Part shown: positions 8,687 through 18,886 of the stretch, in pieces
How positions within the stretch are numbered: position 1 is the first letter of the stretch
Layout: every line of letters starts with the position of its first letter
Virus record (IMG/VR): IMGVR_UViG_3300012952_000009
Coordinates: 1 to 28,406 of that record
DNA from: a virus
Taxonomy: Duplodnaviria; Caudoviricetes
Reading direction: 5' to 3' (one strand)
Length of the DNA stretch: 28,406 nucleotides
The notes under the pieces: model-generated
Seen by the model: only the letters and a program-made list of their open reading frames with translations
What the model was told of the DNA's origin: nothing
Databases searched by the model: none
Made by a program: the position numbers and the translations under genes

Positions 8687-10162
8687 ATGTCTGAATATAA
8701 TGTCAATCAGGGTTTGGTTGAAGAAGCCAAATCGATCCTTAATGGTCTTCGGGCCCATCAGAAAAACGCCGAAGATAAGCTTTCCAACATGGACAGGCAA
8801 ATCGAGGATCTTAAACTATCCCAGCGCAAACTATCCGAAGCCTATACCAAGGCAGCACCGGAATATCGCGCCCAAGACGAAACCCTCCGACGGTATGTTC
8901 GCAAGGATGGAACCCTCCGGCTGAACTCAGAAAAAAAGCAAATACAGATTGGCGGTCAAGGTGCCATGACTTCAAACGTTCCCGGACTTCTTGACGAGAC
9001 CGAGCCAACCAACGAATGGCATGCCAAGCTTTTGAAGATCAACAAGGAACGAAACTTCGCCCGCATGCTGATGGCAAATCCTCATACCCCCAAGATGGAC
9101 CTTAAGCTTTACAAGCATCTCGAGGTTGCCCCCCGATGCATCAAGCCGGGTCTTGAAAAAGCATATGATGGAGACCCAGGAAAAGGTAGCCAGTGGACAC
9201 AAGCACAATTCGTCGATTCCCTGTATGAATCCTATACCGTTCCCCGACGTCTTCGATCTCTTCTTCCAACGGTAGAATGTGATCGGGGCTCCCTGATCAT
9301 TCCAACCCTTACAAAAGGCGCACAGCCATATGTACAGGGAACCGCAACTGATGACATAAACGCATCCGCATATCCAGCGTCTACCGTAACCACCGGACAG
9401 ACTGTTATTTCTCTTGCTGGGATGACCGTTCGGTGCGTCGTGGACCAAGTGGCGGCGGAGGATTCAGCCTTAGCCCTTGCAAGTTTGCTCTCTCGCAACA
9501 TAGGAGAGAGTATCGAATCTGGGTTCGAGGACACCATGATCAACGGTCAGACTGGTGTTGTTGGTTCATTCGATACAGGCTTGGCAGATTGGACCGGACC
9601 TGATGGAAGATGGACAGCAGGATCAGCAAGCGATCACCGCCTGACATTTGACGGTTGGCGAAAATTGGCTTTTGCTGCTTCTACAGAAAACACTCCTGCT
9701 AGTGGTGCGGATGTCAAGTTCTCTGATATTGTTACATGCATTTCCAAAATGGGCGAGTTTGGAGCAGGCGAACGATTGATGGTTGTATCTCCAAGCTTTC
9801 TGATCAAGAACCTTCTTGATATGTCAGAGCTTGCTACCATTGATAAGTTTGGACCACAAGCTACAGTATTAACCGGACAGGTTGGCGCGTTGTTGGGCAT
9901 GCCCGTTATCATGTCTCGGTTTATGACCGATGATTTGAATGCCAACGGAATCTATGACAACGCAACAAAAGACTATACGGGATATCTTATCTACAATAGA
10001 AGCTCTTATGTCCAATATCTTCGTCGAGGTCTCCAGATCGAAAGTCAAAGAAATATTGCTTCGGGTGCTTTTGAAATCGTTGCTTCATTGCGCGCCGTTA
10101 TGGGTTCCGCCGATGCTGCAGGATCTAAAAATGTAGCCTTCCAGTATTCCATAGATAAATAA
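8687..10162 (+). CDS. Major capsid protein (HK97 fold, N-terminal scaffold/delta domain)
   Basis: Position after the protease, N-terminal coiled coil, EDTMINGQ and GALLGMPVIMSRFM motifs; RBS GGAG. Confidence 0.9.
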   Translation: MSEYNVNQGLVEEAKSILNGLRAHQKNAEDKLSNMDRQIEDLKLSQRKLSEAYTKAAPEYRAQDETLRRYVRKDGTLRLNSEKKQIQIGGQGAMTSNVPGLLDETEPTNEWHAKLLKINKERNFARMLMANPHTPKMDLKLYKHLEVAPRCIKPGLEKAYDGDPGKGSQWTQAQFVDSLYESYTVPRRLRSLLPTVECDRGSLIIPTLTKGAQPYVQGTATDDINASAYPASTVTTGQTVISLAGMTVRCVVDQVAAEDSALALASLLSRNIGESIESGFEDTMINGQTGVVGSFDTGLADWTGPDGRWTAGSASDHRLTFDGWRKLAFAASTENTPASGADVKFSDIVTCISKMGEFGAGERLMVVSPSFLIKNLLDMSELATIDKFGPQATVLTGQVGALLGMPVIMSRFMTDDLNANGIYDNATKDYTGYLIYNRSSYVQYLRRGLQIESQRNIASGAFEIVASLRAVMGSADAAGSKNVAFQYSIDK

Positions 10163-10164
10163 TC

Positions 10165-10797
10165 ATGGCGGTTGTTAGCCTATCCACATTCAAGGAATAC
10201 CTTCCCGAGTTATCGGGCAGCACCGGAGCAGATACGGATCTCACCAATTTATTGGCCCGTGTCGAATCCGCCGTTGCCCGATACATCGGGTTTCCTGGTT
10301 GGTCCGGGGATTCCGGTAGTTCAAACCAAACTCCGGTCCTGGATTCAACGACGTATACTTTGTATGTGGATGGGCCGACCCACTATGATCGATACACTCT
10401 ACAATTGCCTATCGCGCCGATTGTGTCGATAACCTCGATTCATTCGGATGCGAACAGGCAGTATCTAAGCTCTTCCCTTATCGACTCTTCCACCTATACA
10501 TTTAATACCGAGCTGGCCCGCGTTTATCTCGATCCAAATACTGCCACCCAAGTCTTTGATGATGGATACAGATCCAATAAGATTGTCTTTGTGGCCGGCT
10601 ATACATCGGTAACGGCACCGAGTGATTTGGTGCATGCAATTTGTGTTTGGGCATCTCAATTGCATCGAAACAAAGCTACCCAGGGAAAAGAAAGCATCAC
10701 ACAATCAAACAGCACTGTAAGAGTATCACCTAAGACGATGCCCCCGGAAATAAAACAGTATATTAATTATCTTAGATTCCCCGGGGTTATTCTGTGA
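10165..10797 (+). CDS. Head-tail connector (gp6/gp15-like)
   Basis: VSLSTFKEYL..D.DL..LL..YIG, LPIAPIVSITSI, FVAGY and PSDLVHAI motifs; directly after MCP. Confidence 0.85.
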   Translation: MAVVSLSTFKEYLPELSGSTGADTDLTNLLARVESAVARYIGFPGWSGDSGSSNQTPVLDSTTYTLYVDGPTHYDRYTLQLPIAPIVSITSIHSDANRQYLSSSLIDSSTYTFNTELARVYLDPNTATQVFDDGYRSNKIVFVAGYTSVTAPSDLVHAICVWASQLHRNKATQGKESITQSNSTVRVSPKTMPPEIKQYINYLRFPGVIL

Positions 10798-11225
10798 GCA
10801 TGACATTTGAAGAATTCCGGAAGATGATCAATAGGAAGTGGACTTTTTTCCATGCCTTCATTTCAGCAAAGAAAAGGGAATCGCTTGCGGGTGAGATACG
10901 GGCCCAGCTTCTTAGGGAAGCAAGAACGAATGCGACATACTACCCACAAATTCGAACAAAGGAATTGTGGAAGTCAATCAGAACATTTCAGCAGGCAAAG
11001 GGGCGCGCCTTTGATATTGGACTAACCGCGGGAAGCGAAATTGGATCAGGTTTTCAATCAAGACCGCGCGGTGCTTACTATGCTCTTTTTGTAGAAAAGG
11101 GTACCAGTCGAATGGCGCCAAGATTCTATTTAGAGCGCGCCTTTGACAAGGTGGATCAGACCGTGCCAAATAGAATAAAAAGATACATGAGGTTATATCT
11201 CGAGGACCCAAAGTATTATGGCTGA
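10794..11225 (+). CDS. HK97 gp10-like neck/tail component
   Basis: RTKELWKSI..YYALFVEKGTSRMAPRFYLERAF motif. Confidence 0.85.
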   Translation: MSMTFEEFRKMINRKWTFFHAFISAKKRESLAGEIRAQLLREARTNATYYPQIRTKELWKSIRTFQQAKGRAFDIGLTAGSEIGSGFQSRPRGAYYALFVEKGTSRMAPRFYLERAFDKVDQTVPNRIKRYMRLYLEDPKYYG

Positions 11226-11679
11226 TTCGAGAACCGTACAAATTCACAAGCAGATTGTTAGTATCATTGCCCAGGACTATACCGGGGCAAGCTACTATTC
11301 GGGTCTTGATATGACGGAAGGGAACGTGATTCGGGGAAAGGTGGACATACCCCCTATGATACCATTCGCCACGGTTGGGTTTCGAAGAGTGAACGAAGAC
11401 TATGGTCCGACCCTGGGAAGATTTCAAGGCGATATAATCTTTGAAGCCTTTGTCTTTGTCGGTGGTTCGGCATTCAATGAGAGGCTTGACAATGCCCTGA
11501 ATCTATGTTCTGATATGGTCAAGAAGATTACGGCAAACCGGCAACTGGCCTTGGGGTCTCTTGTTGATGATGTCAAATGCGACATTGCAGCGGGTGACGG
11601 TGAGGAAGTCGGTATGTCTAACACCGGGATCGGCCTCATTACGATTACGGTCAAATTCCAATCCGATGATGGTGCCTGA
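11218..11679 (+). CDS. Putative tail terminator/completion protein
   Basis: Position between the gp10-like gene and tail tube, size, and ANRQLALGSLV pattern. Confidence 0.6.
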   Translation: MADSRTVQIHKQIVSIIAQDYTGASYYSGLDMTEGNVIRGKVDIPPMIPFATVGFRRVNEDYGPTLGRFQGDIIFEAFVFVGGSAFNERLDNALNLCSDMVKKITANRQLALGSLVDDVKCDIAAGDGEEVGMSNTGIGLITITVKFQSDDGA

Positions 11680-12458
11680 TGTCCTGGTATTCAACAAATT
11701 ACAAGCAGCGGATTCCTATCGCGATCAAGCTCGAATATGTTGGGGGAGTTCCACCCGCTGCCACGGCCACAAAGGACATATCGATTACGGTGCCTTCAAA
11801 CTTCGATCCCTTCTGGACGAATATCCGGTCTGATGCTTTCGACGCGATTCTTGTAAGCCATGACAACAACCTTCTGACATTTAAGCGGGCATCCTTTAAT
11901 TTTGCCAATCGTCAATTGACCTTCGAAGTCGATGCCTTTGTATACGATAACAAGGAGAATTCCACCGGCTTGATCTTCCTGTATTGGAATTACTCTTCGG
12001 CTACGGATCTTGCGTCGGTGTTCACGGCATCCAGCCCAATGCAGGCATCGATCTTTCTGGGAACCCCTCGGGGTAGATTGGTGATGGGTGACCCAACCGG
12101 AAACAATACATCTAATTCGCCATCGGCAACGGTTCAGAAATCAGTTGATGAGAACGTCTATGTATGGTTTCAATATAGTACGCTCCTTAATAGAATGAAG
12201 GCACCGTATAACAATCGGGTCTTCTTTGAAAGTATAAAACAGGTTAAGGTCTTTTCTTTTGATTCAACAGGTACCGATTCGTCTGGGAGGTTCGATGCGC
12301 TGGAAACGGTTTTTTCTTCTGGTTACATTGGCATTATGGCTAAAGGTGGCACGAACAATACGACCTACCTATTAGGCGCCTTTATCACTACCAGTTTATT
12401 CCAAGAGATACAAGTGAAATGTTATCTTGAGGTATCCAACAAATATCCACCATCATAA
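11679..12458 (+). CDS. Virion protein: DUF2341-like N-terminal domain plus fibre-adaptor-like C-terminal domain
   Basis: SWYSTNYKQRIPI..FWTNIRSD..LYW resembles DUF2341. QKSVDE..VWFQY..GGTNNTTY..ITTS resembles the KDP..DY..GGT.G..Y..ITTS adaptor pattern. Recognised by eye. Confidence 0.5.
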   Translation: MSWYSTNYKQRIPIAIKLEYVGGVPPAATATKDISITVPSNFDPFWTNIRSDAFDAILVSHDNNLLTFKRASFNFANRQLTFEVDAFVYDNKENSTGLIFLYWNYSSATDLASVFTASSPMQASIFLGTPRGRLVMGDPTGNNTSNSPSATVQKSVDENVYVWFQYSTLLNRMKAPYNNRVFFESIKQVKVFSFDSTGTDSSGRFDALETVFSSGYIGIMAKGGTNNTTYLLGAFITTSLFQEIQVKCYLEVSNKYPPS

Positions 12459-12473
12459 TCCAAGGGGTCTGTC

Positions 12474-13433
12474 ATGCCAGCGGCAAAATTAGGAAGAGGA
12501 AGTTTCATTCGGTTGGGTGAAGAGTCTACGTGGGGGAACGCTGCTTCCACCACGGTATCGAATCGGATCGCTTCTCAATCATTGCAAAGAAAGCAAGAAC
12601 GATCACAGAAAACCCATTTGTCTACAAGCGCCGGTGTTTTCTCGTTTGGCTCGTTCGATGGTTTTGAATTGTGCGAGGGAGATGTCGAGCTTCCAATTGG
12701 ATACAATGGCAGCGGATTACTTTTAAAGGCTGCCTGTGGTGCGCTGGCTACTACCGGGCCATCTGGTTCTGATTACACCCACACCTATTCAGCAGGAACC
12801 ACCGGGGATCTTCCCTCTCTGACTATCAATGTGCAGCGCGGTAATTCCTCGAGTGAATTGTTTAAGGGAATGAAGATCAGCACAATGGGGCTGAGTATTG
12901 AAGCCGGCGGACAAATGATGGGAAGCTTTTCCTTTGTGGGATCGACTTCGGAAGCAAGAACAACCGCCGCCACTGCTTCATATAATAATGCCAACAAGGA
13001 TGTCTTCCACTATGAAGCGGCCGCTTTGACGTTTGATTCTCAAAGCTACAACCTTCGAAGCATGACCTTGAATCTTGATAACAAGATCGAACGGCGAAAC
13101 CTTCTCGGGTCTAAGTTGACATCGGAACCATCCATTACGGACATGCGAGAAATTACTCTTGAATGTTCTGCCGATTATGAGGACGATGCGCTATATACTG
13201 CCCAGTTAGCGGGAACGGCCGGAGATGTCGTAATCGCCTTCACCAATTCCAGTTCACAATCCTTTACGATTACCTTGAAGGATGCCCAATTGATATCCTA
13301 TGACGATGCCATCAGTACGGTCGGCCGGATAGAAAGAAGCTTCACTTTCCAGGGGTTCGCAAATATATCCGGGGCAAACGATGCCTTTTCCATTGTGATC
13401 GTGAACCAGGAATCCAGCGGAACAGCAAATTAA
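12474..13433 (+). CDS. Major tail tube protein
   Basis: GEESTWG, YTHTY..LPSLTI..FKGMKI..LSI and LNLDNK motifs of siphophage tube proteins. Confidence 0.88.
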   Translation: MPAAKLGRGSFIRLGEESTWGNAASTTVSNRIASQSLQRKQERSQKTHLSTSAGVFSFGSFDGFELCEGDVELPIGYNGSGLLLKAACGALATTGPSGSDYTHTYSAGTTGDLPSLTINVQRGNSSSELFKGMKISTMGLSIEAGGQMMGSFSFVGSTSEARTTAATASYNNANKDVFHYEAAALTFDSQSYNLRSMTLNLDNKIERRNLLGSKLTSEPSITDMREITLECSADYEDDALYTAQLAGTAGDVVIAFTNSSSQSFTITLKDAQLISYDDAISTVGRIERSFTFQGFANISGANDAFSIVIVNQESSGTAN

Positions 13434-13508
13434 TCTATAATAGATTATTATATTATCATGGTTTGTCGCTGAGCTCGGCAGACTTATCTATCATTAGGGG
13501 AAGACAAA

Positions 13509-14024
13509 ATGAAAGATGTACTCAGCCATATTATCAAATCGTCGTATTGGACATTGCCGATCTTCGATGGAAAGATCTTGATTAGAGGTAGAATACTTTC
13601 GCCAAGCGAAGCCGAACAGGCCGGAGTTATGCAATTCATGGTGGCCGGTCAACTGATGCGAAATGCCAAAGACCTCAAGAACATGGAAAAACTCCAGAAT
13701 GCCGAGAACGGAACGGATGAGGAAAGGATCGATTCCATTCTTGAGGCGACAAGACAAATGGGATTTCGTCCGGAGATGCTCGCACAGATACACGAGCAAA
13801 ACAACAAAGTGATTTGTCAGGTTGTCCGAGAATGCAGTATCGACCAGGGTGCGACATGGGAGAAGATCAAGATCGTTCATACGGTAGATCAGCAAGACGA
13901 GAACGCGAACCGGCTATGGATTGGAACAATACCAAAAAAAGATATTGAATCTATTCTTGAAAAAGCCCTGAACGGGTACAAGGAGGGTAGCGCCAAGATC
14001 GAACAGTTTTTTCGAGAACGATGA
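13509..14024 (+). CDS. Tail assembly chaperone (gpG-like)
   Basis: Between tube and tape measure genes; ends in CAG TTT TTT CGA. Confidence 0.75.
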   Translation: MKDVLSHIIKSSYWTLPIFDGKILIRGRILSPSEAEQAGVMQFMVAGQLMRNAKDLKNMEKLQNAENGTDEERIDSILEATRQMGFRPEMLAQIHEQNNKVICQVVRECSIDQGATWEKIKIVHTVDQQDENANRLWIGTIPKKDIESILEKALNGYKEGSAKIEQFFRER

Positions 14025-14232
14025 ATTAATCCACCTTTACGATATCATTGCGAAAACATACGGTGTTCTACCTCATGAGATCTCAAAATTGACTTGGTCC
14101 GAATTGTTTATTTGCATTCAGTGTATCAAAGCCAGGTCAGAACGAGCAAAGAAAGTATTGAGCCGAAGCAAGCGAAAAAAGGATATGATATTCCCAACCA
14201 TACCTATATCGGACTTGATAGATATTCTATGA
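14011..14232 (+). CDS. gpT-like extension reached by frameshift from the chaperone gene
   Basis: Open +1 frame FENDELIHLYDIIAKTYGVLPHEISKLTWSELF...IDIL* with no usable ATG at its 5' end; stops 7 nt before the TMP start. Confidence 0.75.
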   Translation, partial: FENDELIHLYDIIAKTYGVLPHEISKLTWSELFICIQCIKARSERAKKVLSRSKRKKDMIFPTIPISDLIDIL

Positions 14233-14239
14233 GGGAACC

Positions 14240-16387
14240 ATGTCGAACGTAGTCAAATATATTTTGGATCTCCAGACGGACAAAGCTGCAAAGGGATTGC
14301 AAGGTCTAAGCGCATCCCTAAAGAAAGCCGGTCCTATTCTTGGGGCCTTAAAAAATGACATGCGCTCATTTGGAAAAGCGGTTGTCGATGTATCAAGGGA
14401 TTTCTATAAGCTTACAAAGGGTGCGGTCGATGCCGTTAACCGGCTGAACGATCTAAGCACTGCCAGCAATTTGGCAGCGACAACAATAAACGCGGTGGAG
14501 TTTGCTTTTGCTGCCAGTGGACAATCCATGGAGGCGGCCGATACTGTTCTTAAGAAGTTTCCACACCGGATGAAGGAGATCAGAGCAGAAGGAACAACCG
14601 CCAACAAAATGATGGAAATATTGGGGATCTCTACAAAGAACCTCGACGGCACCATGCGATCAAGTGACGAGGTATTTAAGGACCTAATCAAGAACCTTCA
14701 AAACATGGAGGATGCTGAATTAAAGACCCAGGTAGCTACTGAGCTCTTTAGAAGAGACGCGGGCAATCTGATGGTGGCGCTTGGCAATTCGGCACCGCTT
14801 GAAAAGTTTACCGCCTTCACCGAAAAATTCGGAGTGAACGCAAAGAAGTCGGCAGATATGGCGGCGGCATTCCAAAGAAGCGTTGCGGGGCTTTCCGTAG
14901 TGACCGCATTTCTACGAGACAAGTTTGTGGACGCCACTGGCGGCATGTCAATTTTTAACAAGATCATAATCGAGGGAGTTGGCGCCGTTGTTTTCATTGG
15001 CAAAATGATGTCCTTGTTTGCCACGGAGATCAGGCTAACAGGTAATGCGATTGCCCAAATGGTCATATCTCAAATCAGGCCTTTAATCATGGCGCTTGTA
15101 TTGCTTGGAAAATTGGTTCCCAAAGTCGGAGAAGACATCGGAACAATTTTAAAAATGACAGGAATGCAGAAAGCCGGCGGAGCTTTTACAAACATCCAAT
15201 CGCGAATCGACCTTGCCAAGGAATCAGCCAATGAAGCAAAAAAGGCAATGTCTGGGTTAGTTACAGAAATAGATAGCACCGGAAACACCAGCGAAGAAGC
15301 AGCCAAGAAATTGAAGGCTTTAATTGAAAAGGCAAAAGAAGCAGATCAAGAAGGAAAGAAAGCAAAGAAAGACGGCGGCATTGGTAAGATTATCTTTGGA
15401 GACAAGAAAGACTTTATAAAGGACTTTGCGAAATTCGACAAGCTACAGACACAGGCTCAAAAAGGGTTTTCTGACTTTACCAAGGAATTCAGGAAAGGAG
15501 GAATAGAAATTGATTCGGCTTTAGAGAGTGCGGATCAGTTCATTGATTTGTTTAAGGAGATGAGCCTGCCAACTGATGAGATCACAAAGTTTGTAAACAA
15601 TCTTCGGTCTTTAAAACGGGAACAAGGTCAATTGGCCGCCATGGAATCAAACATTAATTTAGGATTAGACTTAACCGCGGCATTTGCAAGCGGCGGATTC
15701 GGGGATTTGATTGGCAAGTCTTTGGAATCGGCAATTGAAAAAAGCGACAGCAAGACTTTGGGAATCATTGGTAAGCTATTCGAACCGTTGGTAAATCTTG
15801 GTGAGAAATCGCCCAAAGAAATTAGAGAAGAAGGCGAGGCTTTTAACACTGCAATCACTAACGGTATTATGATGCTTCCGACTATTTTGTTGGAGGTGTT
15901 ACCTCATCTTTTCATCGATCTTGCTGGAAAATTATTAATGGCATTGTCGCGTTTGCCAATGGAATTTTTTATCTCATTTACACAAGCCATGGGAAAATTG
16001 GCCCAAGCATTTGCCGACATTGTTACTGCCCCATTTGATGAATTGGTTTCTATAATGAAAGAAATATGGGAATGGATCACGGCGCCGTTTTCTATTTTCG
16101 ATTCCAAAATGGGCGGCGGTAGATTTCGCGTTCCTCATGGTGAAGGTGGTCTTCGATACACCGGGGCAAAGCGTGGATTGGCAATGCTCCATGAAGGTGA
16201 AGTAGTCGTGCCAAGGAGCGGACAGGCAAGCCAGGGAATCCAGAGAAGATTTGGCGGCGGGTCTGGTATGAACATTGTAATTAATAGCGCCGTGGTTGAT
16301 GGGAACGTTGTCGAAACATTGGTCCAGCAAATAGAACAAAGGTTCGAGGCGTTCGGATCTTCTACCTCGACCCTGTTTTCTTCGTGA
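14240..16387 (+). CDS. Tape measure protein
   Basis: 715 aa, Ala/Lys-rich and helical, LGISTKNLDGTMRSSDEVF..LF motif, hydrophobic segments, AMLHEGEVVVP C-terminal motif. Confidence 0.92.
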   Translation: MSNVVKYILDLQTDKAAKGLQGLSASLKKAGPILGALKNDMRSFGKAVVDVSRDFYKLTKGAVDAVNRLNDLSTASNLAATTINAVEFAFAASGQSMEAADTVLKKFPHRMKEIRAEGTTANKMMEILGISTKNLDGTMRSSDEVFKDLIKNLQNMEDAELKTQVATELFRRDAGNLMVALGNSAPLEKFTAFTEKFGVNAKKSADMAAAFQRSVAGLSVVTAFLRDKFVDATGGMSIFNKIIIEGVGAVVFIGKMMSLFATEIRLTGNAIAQMVISQIRPLIMALVLLGKLVPKVGEDIGTILKMTGMQKAGGAFTNIQSRIDLAKESANEAKKAMSGLVTEIDSTGNTSEEAAKKLKALIEKAKEADQEGKKAKKDGGIGKIIFGDKKDFIKDFAKFDKLQTQAQKGFSDFTKEFRKGGIEIDSALESADQFIDLFKEMSLPTDEITKFVNNLRSLKREQGQLAAMESNINLGLDLTAAFASGGFGDLIGKSLESAIEKSDSKTLGIIGKLFEPLVNLGEKSPKEIREEGEAFNTAITNGIMMLPTILLEVLPHLFIDLAGKLLMALSRLPMEFFISFTQAMGKLAQAFADIVTAPFDELVSIMKEIWEWITAPFSIFDSKMGGGRFRVPHGEGGLRYTGAKRGLAMLHEGEVVVPRSGQASQGIQRRFGGGSGMNIVINSAVVDGNVVETLVQQIEQRFEAFGSSTSTLFSS

Positions 16388-16411
16388 GCTGGCCACCAAA
16401 GGAGAATAAAA

Positions 16412-17209
16412 ATGGGCAATGCTAAATTCTGGTTTTATCCCGAACCCGACGGAACAAGATTAGAGACGATCGATCTTGGTGAACAGTTGGGGGAATTTTT
16501 CACGGACTTCGAAGCAGATATACAAGTTGGGGTAGGATACGATGGTGGAAGCAAAAGAACAGTCGGCGCCATTCGTGAGGTCATAACCATCCAGCGCGAT
16601 CGGCTGATTCTGGGTGAGACCGTTGCACAAAAGTTTAGGGCTCTCCAATCTCATCTTGACCGTGGCTATTCAGTTTCATTCTCTGCGGATTCTGATAAAT
16701 GCTTTGCTGGTTTTCTTACACATCCCCCTTTGACCGGAGATACTACGATTTATCTATCCGGCAATCCTTTCTATCAATCCACGTCTAACAATGGAATTGC
16801 AGCGGGTGACTTTCTGAATATCGTTACACCGAATCCGGGCTCTACCAATGAATGCGTCAAGGTTATAACAAACAACGTCTCATCCCATGTTTCCGGCGGC
16901 AATATGGTAATCGATAACGGTGTAAGTTTTACATATCAAGATATCGGCTTTGCTCATTATTACCGATACTATCCTGTATTGAAACGAATCGCCGGCGATA
17001 CATCCAACATTATTACGAACGAACACGGGCAATTATGGAATCTGGATTTGCGTCTTGTGGTTGATTATCAAACCCTGTTTTCTTGGAAGCCTGATAACTC
17101 AGGATTCATATCTTCGACTTTGACCGATACCGCTGGTGTGCTGACCTATACGGGAAGAGAAGAGGGAGGCAAAAACCTCGACAATGAAAAACGCTTTTGG
17201 TGGCTTTGA
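16412..17209 (+). CDS. Tail tip / distal tail-like protein
   Basis: Directly after TMP, beta-rich, strong RBS AAGGAG; function from synteny only. Confidence 0.55.
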   Translation: MGNAKFWFYPEPDGTRLETIDLGEQLGEFFTDFEADIQVGVGYDGGSKRTVGAIREVITIQRDRLILGETVAQKFRALQSHLDRGYSVSFSADSDKCFAGFLTHPPLTGDTTIYLSGNPFYQSTSNNGIAAGDFLNIVTPNPGSTNECVKVITNNVSSHVSGGNMVIDNGVSFTYQDIGFAHYYRYYPVLKRIAGDTSNIITNEHGQLWNLDLRLVVDYQTLFSWKPDNSGFISSTLTDTAGVLTYTGREEGGKNLDNEKRFWWL

Positions 17210-18837
17210 TGGGTTGGTCATCACAGTTTATTGAGCAACTGGGCAAGAAGTCTATCGTACCAAAATATAGGCTGGTCTTTTTCAAGATGGGCCCGGATGT
17301 TCTTGGTACGGGAAACCTGGTGATTGGAAGCACGGGATCAGTTGGTGGGTATGGCGCTCGAATCCTGAAAACAGGAATAAAGGTACAGGGTACAAATGTA
17401 ACCCCTCAAGGATGGAGCGTATCATTCGGCGGGTTCTCGCTTGGCATTGTCGAAGGCAAGAAACCATTCCATAGTCAATTGGCGCGGGGTCGATTTGCGA
17501 AATTAGAATGCGACATCGGTACAGGGTTTGAGGTTATAGCCTTGGGCCAACTAAAGACAGCAAGAAAAGAAGGACCGATAATCTATTTGCAATTTGCCGA
17601 TCCGATTAGTTCGCTGCAATCCGGGATAAGCTCGAGCACCCAACTAACATCGGCAACGGGCCATCAAAATAATCAACCGTCTACCATATTCCGAACAATT
17701 GGATTTGAGGACACGATTACTTCAGACTTTAATTTTGCTTTAGATACCAAATTGTACGTGAACAGCGTTAGCGGCTATTACAAGGAAACGGGAAAAAATG
17801 GAGTAGTCAAGCTATCAAACGGAACCCGAACCTACTATATAGAATGGACCGGAAAGGGAGTAAATTATTTGGATGTTGTTCTGTTTACTGCAGTCTACCC
17901 AACCGTAGAAAGTGCGGGCTCTCTTACAACAGCCAACGGAGTAGTTACACGGGTTGCAATGCTAAACGACTTTCCCGGCGATATACTCGGAAAGATTATC
18001 ATGTCCACCGGAACGGGATCGAATGGCTCGTTTGACAAATACCCGGCCAACTGGTCAATTGGAGCAAAGCCCGGATCGTTTGTCTTTGATCATATCGATA
18101 GCAATTGGCAAAAGAGAAAGATTCTAACATTGGCAAATCAAGACCCTTCATACAAATGGAAAGTACCGGTAGAGGCTGCCTGGCAAAGCGGACTTCGGGA
18201 ATTCTGTAACCTATCCAAGAATTGCGGAATATGGCCAGTGTTCAGACAGGGAAAGATCTCGATACGCGGATGTGTCGATCCCTATGGTCCGAGCGAATAC
18301 AACAACGTGGTCGATCCTATTGCCATAGTGGATTCGGATATTCAAAGGGTAGTTTCTCACGATCTATTCAATCCACAGAATGGAAATATTTATGTCGTGT
18401 CTAACATGTATTATGGGCAGGCTGTAAACGCAGAAAAGTCAAATAGAAACATATCGGACATCATCCCAAAGGCAAAAAGTCTGCCGATTCTGGATTCCAT
18501 TGTTAGAGATAATGCCCGGATGTATGACGGCGGATTAGGAAGCGCGGGTCTTCCAACTCGTTTAAATCATGCCCAGGCGGATATGTATAGAATGCTGGGG
18601 TATGACAACTACACCAACGAAAAACTGGTCCTTGATTTGGATCTAAGGTTTGCCGTTCTTTGTGCCGGTGATCTTGTGTCCATAACCAGCAAACTCATTT
18701 CCGGCCTTTGCGAAGAAAGCGGCAACACCTACCAGGACAGGATCGGCATGGTAACGAATACCCAGTTTGATATTGGAGCGCAAAAGACAACAGTCACCAT
18801 TTCAATACTGCCTACACAAAAGTATAGAAATAGCTAA
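17209..18837 (+). CDS. Tail tip / baseplate hub-like protein
   Basis: TGATG coupling to the previous gene; C-terminal LCAGDLVSIT motif typical of Tal/hub proteins. Confidence 0.6.
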   Translation: MGWSSQFIEQLGKKSIVPKYRLVFFKMGPDVLGTGNLVIGSTGSVGGYGARILKTGIKVQGTNVTPQGWSVSFGGFSLGIVEGKKPFHSQLARGRFAKLECDIGTGFEVIALGQLKTARKEGPIIYLQFADPISSLQSGISSSTQLTSATGHQNNQPSTIFRTIGFEDTITSDFNFALDTKLYVNSVSGYYKETGKNGVVKLSNGTRTYYIEWTGKGVNYLDVVLFTAVYPTVESAGSLTTANGVVTRVAMLNDFPGDILGKIIMSTGTGSNGSFDKYPANWSIGAKPGSFVFDHIDSNWQKRKILTLANQDPSYKWKVPVEAAWQSGLREFCNLSKNCGIWPVFRQGKISIRGCVDPYGPSEYNNVVDPIAIVDSDIQRVVSHDLFNPQNGNIYVVSNMYYGQAVNAEKSNRNISDIIPKAKSLPILDSIVRDNARMYDGGLGSAGLPTRLNHAQADMYRMLGYDNYTNEKLVLDLDLRFAVLCAGDLVSITSKLISGLCEESGNTYQDRIGMVTNTQFDIGAQKTTVTISILPTQKYRNS

Positions 18838-18886
18838 TGAATAATCAAAATTTCATTATATTATATTCATAGCAACGGGCGGCAAG

